A program made the translations under genes and the position numbers. Source: Takakia lepidozioides (taxonomy: Eukaryota; Plantae; Bryophyta). From it: DNA of 64,000 nt. Location: NCBI GenBank assembly GCA_030704615.1, contig CM060732.1, positions 17,422,001-17,486,000 on the forward strand. The letters run 5' to 3'. The notes beneath the pieces were generated by a model. The model was not told where the DNA came from. It made no database searches and worked only from the letters and a program-made list of their open reading frames with translations. Position 1 is the first letter of the stretch; each line of letters starts with the position of its first letter. Below are positions 1 to 11,915 of this stretch, one piece after another.

Positions 1-3000
1 GCCACTAGTCCCATAAGCAGTGATTTCAACAGCCGGACTTGCAATGGGTGTGTGGAAGACAAGCCTAGCTCCAGTGGAAGGGTAGATAGCAACTTGGAGA
101 GTGGCCTGGTGTTCCGGAGCTACAAGAGGGCAGGATTCAAGTCAATCAAGGAGCTCTCTGAGGCCATTCGCGAAGAGGAGTTGCTAGACATCATGGTGTT
201 GCTGTATCATCTGGGACCTGCTCAAAATTTCAAGCAGGTATTGCATGTGCAGAAAAGCACGTCTGATCTGCTGGATGTGAGGATAGGGGACATTTTTATG
301 TATTGTTGCGGGAGACCCTCTTTGAAAGAAGAGACCTCCTTTGAAAACATCAGATAGACTGTCATAGGCACCTCTTTTAACTCAGTTGGGAAGGCTTTAG
401 ACAATATCGGAAAGCCTTCTTGGATTGAATTCTGGGGTGAGTATGCACATCAAAGTGATGTGACGGTGTTGTTCTACAAGGACCTGTGAAAGATCAGAAT
501 CAAGCTTGTTGTCACTGTTTTTTCAAGCCAGTAGACGCTCATGTTTCAGGCCATTGTCAGCATTTTTTAACTTCATAGTCAATTCTTTCGCTTCATGCCT
601 GTGCAGTTGATTTAGTAACATTGCTTGTGGTTGAATAATAATCTAGTTCTTGAGGCCTGTTTGTTATGATAGAGAACTTAATTTGTCCTTAGATGTACTC
701 ATTTCCTTCACCCTTTTCCCTTCGTGCTACCCCAAGGGGCTTGAGGGTGGAGGAAGCAACATGCTGGGTCTTGGGTCTAGGAAGTTGCAACCACCTTTCA
801 TATTTTGTTGTTGGGTGGTCATTAGGCATCCGAGCAGTTCTTCCAGAATCAGGGTGTTAAGTTTAGTTTCCCATATGCCAGCGACAGGGCCGCACAGGAA
901 AGAAAATGGGCATATTCTTATGAAGTCTCTTTCATGGCAGATTGGGTGTGCTGTTAAAGTCGACTTTTTGTTAATATGTTTTCTGGCTCTGTACACTTGT
1001 TGTGCAGGCTTCGTTTTTTATGCAGCATCAGATGCAATCTGTTGCACAGCTGGATGATACTGACCGTCAGATTCGTGGGGAGAGGATCTCAAGTGATTAT
1101 TTGAAGCGGCTGAAGGAAGCCCGAACATTGTACAGGGAGGATTTGATTGATTGTGTGCGGCAGTGTATGTGGTATGTAATTACCAAGTCCGACCTCTTTT
1201 AGTGAACTTAATAACCACTCTTCCACTCAAACAAATTACAGATGCTCGTGGAAGCTTCTTGGGAGACTCATCCGACAATGCACAGTTCTAATTTTATCTG
1301 CTGTGTGTAGGTACCGAGTCACTATGTTTGCAAGGTGGAAGCTGAGGGGGATGTATGCGACGTGTATGTGGCTTGTTCAACTTTTGTTGGTATTGAGCAA
1401 AAGGGACCACCTCTTCAGCTATGTTCCGGAGTTCTATGTTGAAACATTGGTATGTTCTTGTTTGCAGAACCCCCTGTTTTGGTGCAGGACAGGTTGATTA
1501 GGCAGTATGCTCATGCAGTACTAATGTGTCTTTGGGCCTGTTTTGTTCCCTTCTAAAGTGATCTGACATTTGCACTAAGCCTACGTTGGATGTGCATGCA
1601 GGTTGACTCTTTCCATGCCCTGCGGAGAAGTGATCCTCCCTTCGTTTCGCCATCCTCACTTCTGCAGCAAGGGCTCTCTCCTTTTGTATGTGCACTGTGT
1701 GTGTGTTGGTGGTGGTGGTGGAGGCAGGGGGGGTTTGTGTGGGTTGGGTTATGGAGGGTCTGGAAAGTTGCATTGTGTTGATGATTATTTGTATAAGAGA
1801 AGAATTCCAATGACTTTGCAACTATAACCCTCCTTTCCATTATTTTTCATTTCTCCTCAGGCATCCCTCTCCATGTCCAGTTTACATCTTTCTGTTAGGA
1901 CTGACTCTCCTTACTGAATCTGCTGCAGGTGACATTCCTGGTAACACATTTCAGTGATGCCAGGATAGCAAACTCAGATGTTCGAGACATCCTGTTGCAG
2001 TCAATCTCAGTGCTGGTTCAGTACAAGGAACATGTAATTGCCTTTGAGCGCAGCCAGGCAGCTCGTGAAGGCATGGTGGGGTCTCTTTTGATTGCTTTTG
2101 ACAACCGCTTTTGGATCCCTGTGTCCAACATACTGTTGCGACTTTGTAAGGGTTCGGGTTTTGGAGCTTCAAAGTGTTCGTCACATGGAGAGTCTTTCTC
2201 CCCTCATTTTCAGGTGGGTCCTGCTCTTGGATACTTGGTGCATTTGTGAGTATTCCAGAGAAGCAGTACCAAGGCCAGTAGATTCTCTGAAACACTGGCA
2301 GAGGATGAGTGAGACATTTCGAGAAGGGGAACTAGGGTGGGGAATTTGGGTTCCATAAAATCTGCTTAGGTTCAATTGGTTGATAAGCAAGTTGTGTCTG
2401 CAGCGTTTGCTGAAGGAGAAGTGCATGAGTGACGAGAAGCTGTTTGCTTCGTTTCTTAATCGTTTGTTCAACACACTGAACTGGACCATCACTGAGTTCT
2501 CAGTGGCTATCAAGGAAATGCAGGAACAATCTGACCGTCGCCAGGTGCACACTCAGGCTTGCTTTATTGCTGAATAGGCTTCAGTCCATATTTGTTGATT
2601 GGGTTTTTATGTAGAAGGCTCGATACAAGCCACATGTGTTGCACTGATCAGGTACATGTGAAAGGAATGCTGGAAAGGTCAAGGGAACAAAAAACTGTTT
2701 GCACCATGTGTCTCAGCTATAGCTTGAGTGCTCTGCTGTGACAGCTTTCGATGCATGAAGGGATTTCTCATCTCCAAATCTGAGTGAGAAAAGTAGTGAA
2801 GCTCACAATAAAGGCTAATATATTGCAATTCTCTCAAGATATTTGTGAAGATGGTTCTGAGGTCGGTTATTACTAGTGTTGTTATGAATCCCTGTCACCT
2901 TCATGTTCGGTCGAGGGTTCCACTGAAAGATAGTTCATGTTGGGGATTCTTTTTTGCTGGATCAGGCTTCCCCAGCGTATTAGACACAAGGTCTTGAGAC

Positions 3001-6000
3001 AAACCAACTCACTACTCCGTCCTATTTTTGGCAGTATAACCCAGGGTGTGTCATAGTCAGTGGCACAATCCATTTGCAATGCATGAGTTGCAACAGGTGT
3101 TTGGAGATGTAGACCATTAGACTGTGTGGGGTGCAATTCTCTACCTGCTGTATCAGGGTAGTTGAAGTGATCGGTTTGTTTTTATTTAGGTGCCAGATTT
3201 GCAGCAGAGGAAGTGCACGATTATGTTTGAGCTGTCGTGCAACTTGGAACGGATACTTGAATTTTTCACCCAGGAGTTGCCACATGCCTTCTTGCAAGGG
3301 CCTGAGATGAATGTTATCCGACTCTGTGAGCTTATTATCTTTGTTCTCAACCACACCACTTCAAGTGCTGATGCCCAGCTCTTTGACAGGTGGGGTCTCT
3401 CTCTCTCTCTCTCCCTCTGTCTCTCTCTCCCTTCCTACACTTACCTGGGCGTTGAGTTTTCCTCCAATTGTAATTGGGATGCACATATCCGGAAAGTTGT
3501 TCAAACTGGCAAGGGCAAAGCTCTGGGGCTCACTAAATTTTCCACTGCAGAGGGGTCAACTCTGAAATTAAGAAAACCATGCTTTGTCGCGTTATTAGAC
3601 CTGCCTTGGAGTACGGATCTGCAATTTGGGTTGATAACTCCAACCAGGCTAAGTCTCTAGAATCCAACTTTGAAAGTCTCGAGGCTGAGCCAAAAGCCCA
3701 GGCCCTCCTGAGGCCTAGTTTTTGGGCAAATCACACACTGCAGATTGATGCTTGTGTGAAGGGATTTCTAGAGGATATCTGGAAAACCCGGATTAGTTCT
3801 ATATATGGAGCTAAGTCTTACTACCAACGTCAGCCCCTGACAGAGGTAGGTTCTGTCCCTTTTGTTCCCACTCAAACTGGGCGCGGGGTCAATGGCCACA
3901 AGGCTACGGCAAACAACGTCTTATGAGTACAATCTCTAGAATCCATTCAAGTGGGGGTGCTTAAGGAGTGTATGTCAGCATGCTCCAAAACAGCCAATGT
4001 GGCTGTTCGGGGTGAGTTTGGCATTCCGTCCTTAAGCTCCCAACGAGATGAATTCAAGGTCAGATGGTGGGGTCAGCTGCAACATATGCCCAACACCAGA
4101 TATCCTAAGTTAATCGACTCTATATCTTGGAAACAGGACCGCCCTGTCAAACAGGCTAAGTCCTGGCAGAAGAGAGTAGAAGAGATTCTCAAGGACCTGG
4201 ACCTGGAGCCGCAAGTCTTGACCCTGCTGGATAAATCTGACTTAGAGGCTGTAGTGTCCAAAGCCATGTCTGTTGCCATGAGATTGTCTGATGAAAATGA
4301 AGTTAGGCACTTCCCTGAACTTGTTTCCAGTCAGTGACATGGGGGAGGACATCTTGGATGACCTCAAGGGTCTACCCACTCTCGGCACTAGACTGAAATT
4401 TAAACTCAGGGCAGGAAGTCTACCTTTGAACAGCAAACAGAAGCAGAGAGGAAAGGGAGAGTGCAATTGCCCGTTGTGTGGGCAATCTGAAGACAGTATT
4501 CATTTTCTGATACACTGTCCGGGGTTCTCTCACCAAAGAGACGCTCTCTTCAAATCTATCAAGGGAATTGTGCCTGTACCCCTGTTTACCAACTTTGAAA
4601 GTCTTGAGGCTGAGCCAAAAGCCCAGGCCCTCCTGAGGCCTAGTTTTTGGGCAAATCACACACAGCAGATTGATGTTGTGTGAAGGGATTTCTAGAGGAT
4701 ATCTGGAAAACCCGGATTAATTCTATATATGAAGGTAAGTCTTACTACCAACATCAGCCCCTGACAGAGGTAGGTACTGTCCCTTTTGTTCCTGCTCAAA
4801 CTGGGCGCGGGGTCAATGGCCACAAGGCTACGGCAAACAACGTCTTATGAGTACAATCTCTCCCTCTGTCTCTTCTCCTTTTTCTATGGCAAACATTGTC
4901 TTATGGTACATTCTTTTCCTTTTTTCCTCGGAGGAAGAGACAAAACTACTTGTCATGATGAATTGGGGAAGGATACGTTTTTGAGGCAAAGAAGTCTGCA
5001 AGTGCCACGAATCGCTAAACAGACATTGAAAGAGTTTGGGTGTCGGTTGCAGCACTGTCAGGCAACAGGGTCAATCCCTGGAGAAGGTCAACAGAGCTAT
5101 GATTTTAGCCCCCCTTGTGGGCATTGTGTTGAACCTGGCGGGTGCAACCTCAGTTCCCAATCATGGCATGACATACAACATGGCACATGTGATTGCTAGT
5201 GTGGATGTGTCGGCTGCAGTTCTGTCCAATTTTCAGTACTTAATTGATTACAACTGGGTGAGTGTCCTCACAGTTGTAGGTCAGCTTGCACACAGTCATC
5301 AAGAGGGATAACATGAGGTTGTTAAGAAGAGGAATGTCAGGGGAGGGTTTGTTGAGGTAACCTCCCACATGCCTTGATAAATCTGTCGTATTTGTGCAGG
5401 GTTGGCCTTTTAGCTTTCTCTTCTCTCTGTATACCTTAAGTCCATTTTCCAGCAAGTAGCGCTTCTTTTCTTTCATGACAAAAGGGATAAGGAGAGTTTA
5501 AAATGACGTGATTTGTGCACGGGTGAGTGTGCTTGGATGTTTCTTCTGAGCAAAAAGAGATTTTGTGTTTGCCTTAAAAGGTCCTAGGTCAAAAGGTTTG
5601 CAACAGAAAGGCACAGACGGATAGATGATTGTGTTGCTTGAGAAGTCTTCACTGTGATGACATGAAGTATTTCCATGGCAAAGGGGGCACACAACTAATT
5701 CACTTTGCAATTCAAATTTGTTTGTGAAATGCAGGAGGCCACATTCAAGGGTGATCCTTCAGTCAGAAGAGTTGTGGATCTCAAGGCATTTGTCTCCAAG
5801 CTTAAGTTTGAGGCTGAAGAGGCAAGGAGACAAGCCAGTCAAGAGGAGTTACATGAGCTTCTAGCAGCTGGAGTGGATATTACCGCTGGTACATCATGCC
5901 ATGTTCTTAGTTGATGTCTTCTTTTGGAATTTATAGGATTGTCATGAAGATTATGTCAAGATGATCAGGTACTCCACAGAATGCCTGGAGAGGTTTATGT

Positions 6001-6428
6001 ATATGCTGCATGAAACACCTTCAAAAAGTATGGAAATTTGCGAGCTCCTTGGAACTCTCTGAAGAGGAACTATGGTGTTTGTTGCAGATATACTCGGAGG
6101 ATCCAGAATGGTTGACAAGGAAGAAACATGTAGCATTTGCTATGCTTGTGACGTGGACACAATGTTTGTACCCTGCAAGCACCAGTCTTGCCTCCGCTGT
6201 ATTTCGAGGCATCTCCTCAACAACCAGCGGTGTTTCTTCTGCAATGCCACCATCTCTGAGCTTTGCTCCATGTTGACAATCACCTCTGCAGACAGCAGCC
6301 AGTGCCCGGGGGGTCCTAACGGGACTGTGACTGAAAGTGGTACACATGAGCATCTCCCTAGTGGGAATTCAGATGACAAACAATCATTTGCAAGCAGGGG
6401 TCTACCAATGAGGCAACATAACAGATGA
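1..6428 (+). CDS. RKP: RING E3 ubiquitin ligase, RKP/KPC1 (RNF123)-like; 3' part, spliced
   Basis: GT-AG exons approx. <1-237, 1008-1171, 1311-1449, 1602-1685, 1929-2213, 2404-2544, 3190-3389, 5053-5257, 5735-5888, 6088-6428. Peptides YVPEFYVETLVDSFHALRRSDPPF and FLNRLFNTLNWTITEFS; C-terminal C3HC4 RING CSICYA..PCKHQSCLRCISRHLLNNQRCFFC. Confidence 0.93.
3435..4857 (+). mobile_element. 5'-truncated non-LTR retrotransposon (RTE/RTEX-like) in an RKP intron, containing a nested copy of its own 3' end
   Basis: Frameshifted RT C-terminus (YTYLGVEF..., VIRPALEYGSAIW, VAVRGEFG) and zf-RVT-like CPLCGQSEDSIHFLIHCP. 3665-3935 duplicates 4589-4857. Flanked on both sides by TCTCTCCCTCTGTCTCT. Confidence 0.85.
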
Positions 6429-7974
6429 CAACTTACTGTAATAACTGTCCACTTTGAGTGTCGGTGATGTATAATTGACCTCTCAGTACAATGCTGCGGA
6501 CTGGAGGCTTGGCGAGACTGCGACCACCAGCCAGTAGGTTCATCACGAGGTCTACATGCATTTGTACATTTGGTTGTGATTTGACTAATACCTCATAATA
6601 CCTCAAAAGCAGGTCAACAGGTCAAGTGACAGTGCTCTTATGCCAACGATGCTTACCCAGATTTCCTCAATCAGGCTGTCCCATACTATCTGTTCATTCA
6701 AATGGTAGGTTTGTCTTCTTTTCCTGTCTTCGGTTTTGAATGGTACCATATACAGCACCTTTCACTTCAAGGTCAAACTCATAGAAGTAGAGAGTGAGGA
6801 AAATTGAAGTTTCACATTTCCCATTGGAGTCAAATGAATAGGATAGAGTCAATACGGCATAGTAGATAGAAAATGACTTGATCCCTAGAAGTGTTACGAT
6901 TAGTTTTGGTCATGACAAAAGATGGATCGAGGATAGAACAACAACGTTTTCCAGGCATCATTGCTAGATTAGAGAAATGATTCTGAAACATCCATATCCC
7001 ATTGTTAGATTTGCATTTATAATGAGTCTGGGCTTGCGAAGGTGTGTCAACTACCCCTAATGATTGGACATTGACACTGGCTTTTGAAACAAGACGTGAT
7101 AAAGTTCTCTCTTCAGAGAGGCTTTCTGAATATGGGATCCTGGAGCCTGTTGAAGTTGATATTGATTTAACTCTGTTGTGTCCTTTGGTGATTATCTTCT
7201 TGGTAAACGTTAGTGCTCTCTGGCAGATGCAAGATGTCATGCAGAAGTCATGTAAGCATGCAAAGGCAGTGTAAGTTGCTTTTGTCATGCTTGTGGTTGC
7301 AGCTTCACTGGACTTTATCATGTTAGACGGGCAAATGTTCCTGAGCATTATAGGTTGTAGAGTTGCAATGATCCAACGCAAGTGGTTCAGTCACAGCTCC
7401 TCAGGAGACGAGACTGGCTTTGTGTGACAGGCTGCATGGGGAATCTGCATGTTTCCATCCAGCAGAGTTCCGCCAACGATAAAGGAGATGACAGACCAAT
7501 TTCTCAACTTTCTGCTCTATGCAACACATACATAAGTGCCAGTACTGACTTTTGGACTGTGAGGGGTTCATACTTCATACCACAAATGCCGCTGGAGCTC
7601 CGAACTGGAAAACTGCAATTACTCAGAGCTGGTTTTGTGCTGGGAAAAAACTGGGTATAAAGTGTCTTGTTCATACACAAACCTTGATCTTGGTGAATGT
7701 GATATTGTCATTGGCCTGCGTGCTTACTACATACATTGAAAGGCAAACTATGAACCTTCTTGATGTGCATTTTTATTGCCTCTGGCTGTGGACGCTTCTC
7801 ACTTGACCTCTATTCAAAGAATGTACTATTCAAAGTTTGAAATCCAAGAAATGTTGTTGCAGCTTGCAGCACCCGAACCTTTAGTTCTCTTGTCGGGAAT
7901 TGCATTGTCCAGTGGAATGAGAGCCATTCAGACGAGGTGTATGACATTAAAACCTTGTATGAGAAACTGTCACA

Positions 7975-8185
7975 TCTTTGTTGGCTCTCTTGTAGAGAGA
8001 GACTTAGCGGAGACATGCAAGTCAATGGAGAAAATGTGGTCAAAGTACCTTACACCATGTCAAGGCGCTGATTGGTGTGTTGTGCTGAGTCATGATTGGT
8101 GAGTCATGCTCCCTAGTCTTACCTTCCTCTTATGTTGTGCCAAAGCAAAGCAAGAGAGCCAATTGCCGTTTGAGGCTTGTTCTTA
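7975..8185 (+). repeat. Dispersed ~200-bp repeat upstream of CSN8; second copy inverted at ~16060-16245
   Basis: CAAGTCAATGGAGAAAATGTGGTCAAAG..CTTACACC..GTCAAGGC..GATTGG..TGTTGTGCTGAGTC..CTTACCTTCCTCTTATGTT.TGCCAAAGCA is found in both copies. Confidence 0.75.
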
Positions 8186-8513
8186 ACGTCTTTCACCCAC
8201 TTTCACTTGCAGCACCAACTTTCCATTCAATGGCTCCATTCATACTCCGATAAAGATGCTCAAACCGCTCCATCTTTCTCCTAGTGGAAATGGCCAATTC
8301 TCTTCTGTCAAGACATAGCCCCTCTCTCTCTCTCTCTTAGAGCCTCATGATGAAGATTGCAAGGCCCATCCCTTCATTCATCCATTGCTTCCATGAAAAT
8401 TCATCCATACCACGATGAAAATAATCCAACTAGACTTCACAAAACTAGGGCAGGAGTGATCATCCTCAACGGAAATCTAGGGTTTGAGGGGGAGGCGAAG
8501 GTGAGAGAGAGAG

Positions 8514-10627
8514 ATGGCAATACCAGTGAATGGAAGTGTGGCTGGGCCGTCTGGGATGAGCTTCAATGCTGTGTATGAGGCCATTAAAGCAGGTCTATTT
8601 GCAGATCTGGCGAACATCATCGACACTCTTGAACTTGAGGTGTGCTATCAAAATCCTTCGAATTGTTGCCTTGAAACTCGTCTGATGAAGCAACTGATTG
8701 CGATATCCTTGGGTCTTGGGAACTGTGTCGAACCTCTATCTTGTGATTGTCGGTCTCCTCCCCTCGATCCTTCTCAGCAATTAAATTGTATTACCATAGA
8801 ACCTGTAGAAGGGGAAACCACAGATAGAATAGTGGAGGAATGGACTCATCAGCGTGTGCCTGCGAGAGGGTCTTTTGGCAATAGAAATTGGTCCTAATTT
8901 GGATGGAGCACACCACGGGAGGGAGTGAGAGTTCTGCAATTAGAGACATTTTGAAACATGCTAAACGTCTGCGAGGGATTCACAAGTATGGTGCTTATAA
9001 CCTTTGCACCGGACTACTTGGAGCTTGGGAAGGGAAGGGAAGATACAAGAATTGATAATACGCATTGGAGGTGAAGTCAGACAGTTGCAAACAAGAGTAA
9101 CGCAACGCAGAGAGAATGTTGCATTTGATGTTGGTAAATTTCGTGCTGGGATTCTTGGGGGCAGGCAGCAGCCACTGGAGCCTCAAAGCCTCTGGATTGG
9201 CCTTATACCGTACACATTCTTGGCCATGTTGTGATCCATGATTTGTAAGTTCTTTCTCTTCTCAAAATCATGAGGCCAGCTGACAGATCTGCCTGCATTA
9301 TGTCTCAACCACTGTGAAAAATTGTCTTAATAGTGGTGCCGCATGTTATCGTAAAGGTGAGGCGTGGAGGTCACTGTCAATTCAAGGGTATCGTCTTACT
9401 GTTGGAATTGAGTCCCAAATCCTGCACATGGATACTGAGATTCTCAATCAATTTTCTTTCTTACAGAGATAGCGCCAGATTTGTGTGGAAGCGAACACCA
9501 GATTCGGCAAAGCAGAGTTATCCAGAGTTGAGGGCGGTGTGGAAGATAGTGCAGTGCATGTGGACGCATGACCATGCTGGTGTTTATGAGGCCCTTCGCA
9601 GTTATGGCTGGAGCCCGGAGGTACAGCAAGTTGTTGCTGCAGTGGCTGGTGAGTGTCTTTGTTATGGGATTTCCACTCCATTTGAAACACTTACTGTCCA
9701 CAATGAGATCGCAGGGGGTCCATTAGAGTCCACAGTCTATGAGATGGTGCAAGGATTGTGAAAACTCCCTACCGTTTTGATCGGTGTATGTAGGCAGGAT
9801 GTTTTTTCTTTTTTGATTGAAATAGTGTTCTGCACATACCAGGTGTTCCATTTGATGGATATGGTGGGTGGTTTTTGAAATGTTCAGAGGACTATTCAAA
9901 GGGTATGTTGAGATTGCTGTCAATAGCCTATTCGACAATCAGTGTTGCAGATGCAGCTGGTTATTTGGGCTTGAGTGAAAACAATGTGGTAACGTGTAAG
10001 TCTCTCTTTCCTTCAGGGATTACATCCGTAGAATCATGACAAGAACAATTGCTAAACCCAGTTCTGATCGTATGAGCAGCTCAAACTTCTAGGGGAAGTG
10101 ATTGTGGGTACTAGGTGACATATGTTTGGCCTAGTATCTGTCCATGACCATTGTAAAGCTCAGTGCTCACTTCTATGCTGAAATTCTTGGGGTGAGTTTT
10201 GGCCTTTTATTTATTTTGGTGTCGATGGAAAATGGTGCCAAGTCCCCACTACACAGGATTCTTAGGGCCACTGGGTCATTAGGAGAAGCATTGGCCACAG
10301 TAATCCTGAAATCTCCCTAAAGTGGCCCTGGGAAAGTATTATGCTCTTACCAGGAGGCAGTAGCCCTCTAAACAGTTGAAAAGGGCACTTCAATTTAGAC
10401 TGCTGCCTGTGGGTGTCTCTTGCTCTTCTTTGGAATGGTGTCTTGACATGGGAAGTGTGGTGGGTCTGGTGGGTCCGCTGTCAGTTACTGTGCAGCAGCA
10501 TGGATGGGTGCTGGATCCAGTTTCGAAAATGCTAACCGTGAGGCCAATGACACTAGCAGCCAACAAGAAGACTGATGCCAGCCAGCTGCAGAACCTGACT
10601 GAATATGTCTTCCATTTGGAACATTGA
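8514..10627 (+). CDS. CSN8: COP9 signalosome subunit 8
   Basis: Exons approx. 8514(or 8556)-8639, 9165-9244, 9467-9648, 9888-9995, 10485-10627. Peptides DWPYTVHILGH, DSARFVWKRTP, WTHDHAGVYEALRSYGWS and the hallmark C-terminus LQNLTEYVFHLEH. Confidence 0.93.
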
Positions 10628-11915
10628 TTGAGAATCCTTGCAAGGTCTGAAATTTTGACCTTACTTGGAGGGCTCTGTTACTTCTTATGGGTCGCCATAA
10701 CTTGCACACCCTTACTAACTGCCCAACTGGGTTTCAGCAGGTAAATTCCCTAGAGTTCAAGGGCACATCACAACAGATGTTCACCAGGCAACCGGAAGAC
10801 GGTCTGTTCTCTTCCTCTCTCTTGCATGTACCCGGATGTTTTGAGGAATTCTTCAGCATTTGTCCCTCCCTCTCCCTTTTTCTGGTCTGTTGAACCAGAG
10901 GTGGGATGTATATGGCCACAAGGCGACGACAAGCAAAGCTAATGAGGACGTGTCCATCTCTTACTCTCTCCAGAGGCACCATTGCCTTCTTGCAGGCTAC
11001 TAACTACTTCCTAGTCCTCCCTTGGCTGTGGAGTACGAAGGTCAGATGTAGTTTGGTAAGGTCCAAGTAGGAATGCTCCATGTATTTTGGATCCCTATGC
11101 GAACAGACCTATTGCTCGAAACCGCGGCGGTGTACTTTATGTCCGGTATAAACCGAGTTTGGTTGGTTGTACAGATGTCATGGTTGCTTGTCTGTTTGGC
11201 TGGGCTTGGGCACTTGCAGTTTTACTTGGAATGGACATTATGATTGAAATATATTCCTGCTCTCTTGAAGTGACGAGTGTTAAGTGGGAGAACGTGAGCC
11301 TAGATTTACATGTTAATTACTGTGGGGCTATTCATTGCTCCATTTCTTTTGGATCCTTTGAAGTGTTCAGCTCATCTCATCAGTGGGCAAGTCTAATCTC
11401 AATTTAAATGGCTGAAAATATTGTTCCATGCGCAAGCACGACAGCAATGTGATTCAGAACTGAGAAATGTGCATTATGTGCACGGCGAAAAAATATTTCA
11501 AATGGGAGTAGTCCCATATTACAAGCTAGATGTAGGATCAGCGTTGTCATGACCCATGTCCGTAAGCAAGTGTACACTGATTTTCTCAAGGGAATCTCTA
11601 TAGAGCCAGACAAATTCAGATCAAAATGGTGAAGGACTAAATGCTTGTACAAATTGGTCAATTTAACAGTACAGGCCAATGGCCCAGAGTTCTCTTCTCA
11701 GAAATTGAAAAAAGAGAGCCACACACTGATCTAAAATGTGGTCTTGCAGCAGCTTGAAATTTGCTTCAGAACTTACTGAAATGATTTGACTGAGGAGAGC
11801 AGCTGGCCCACCTGGTTCTATGATCTGGTTTTATTGTGATGAGATTAGGGTTCTCACCAGGATTTGTGATTATGTGAACTATTTTTTTCTTGTACATGGA
11901 ACTATAAGGTTCCTT

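Noticed and set aside
6830-7381. 183-aa minus-strand ORF downstream of RKP
   Set aside because: No recognisable motif or splice context; likely a chance ORF.
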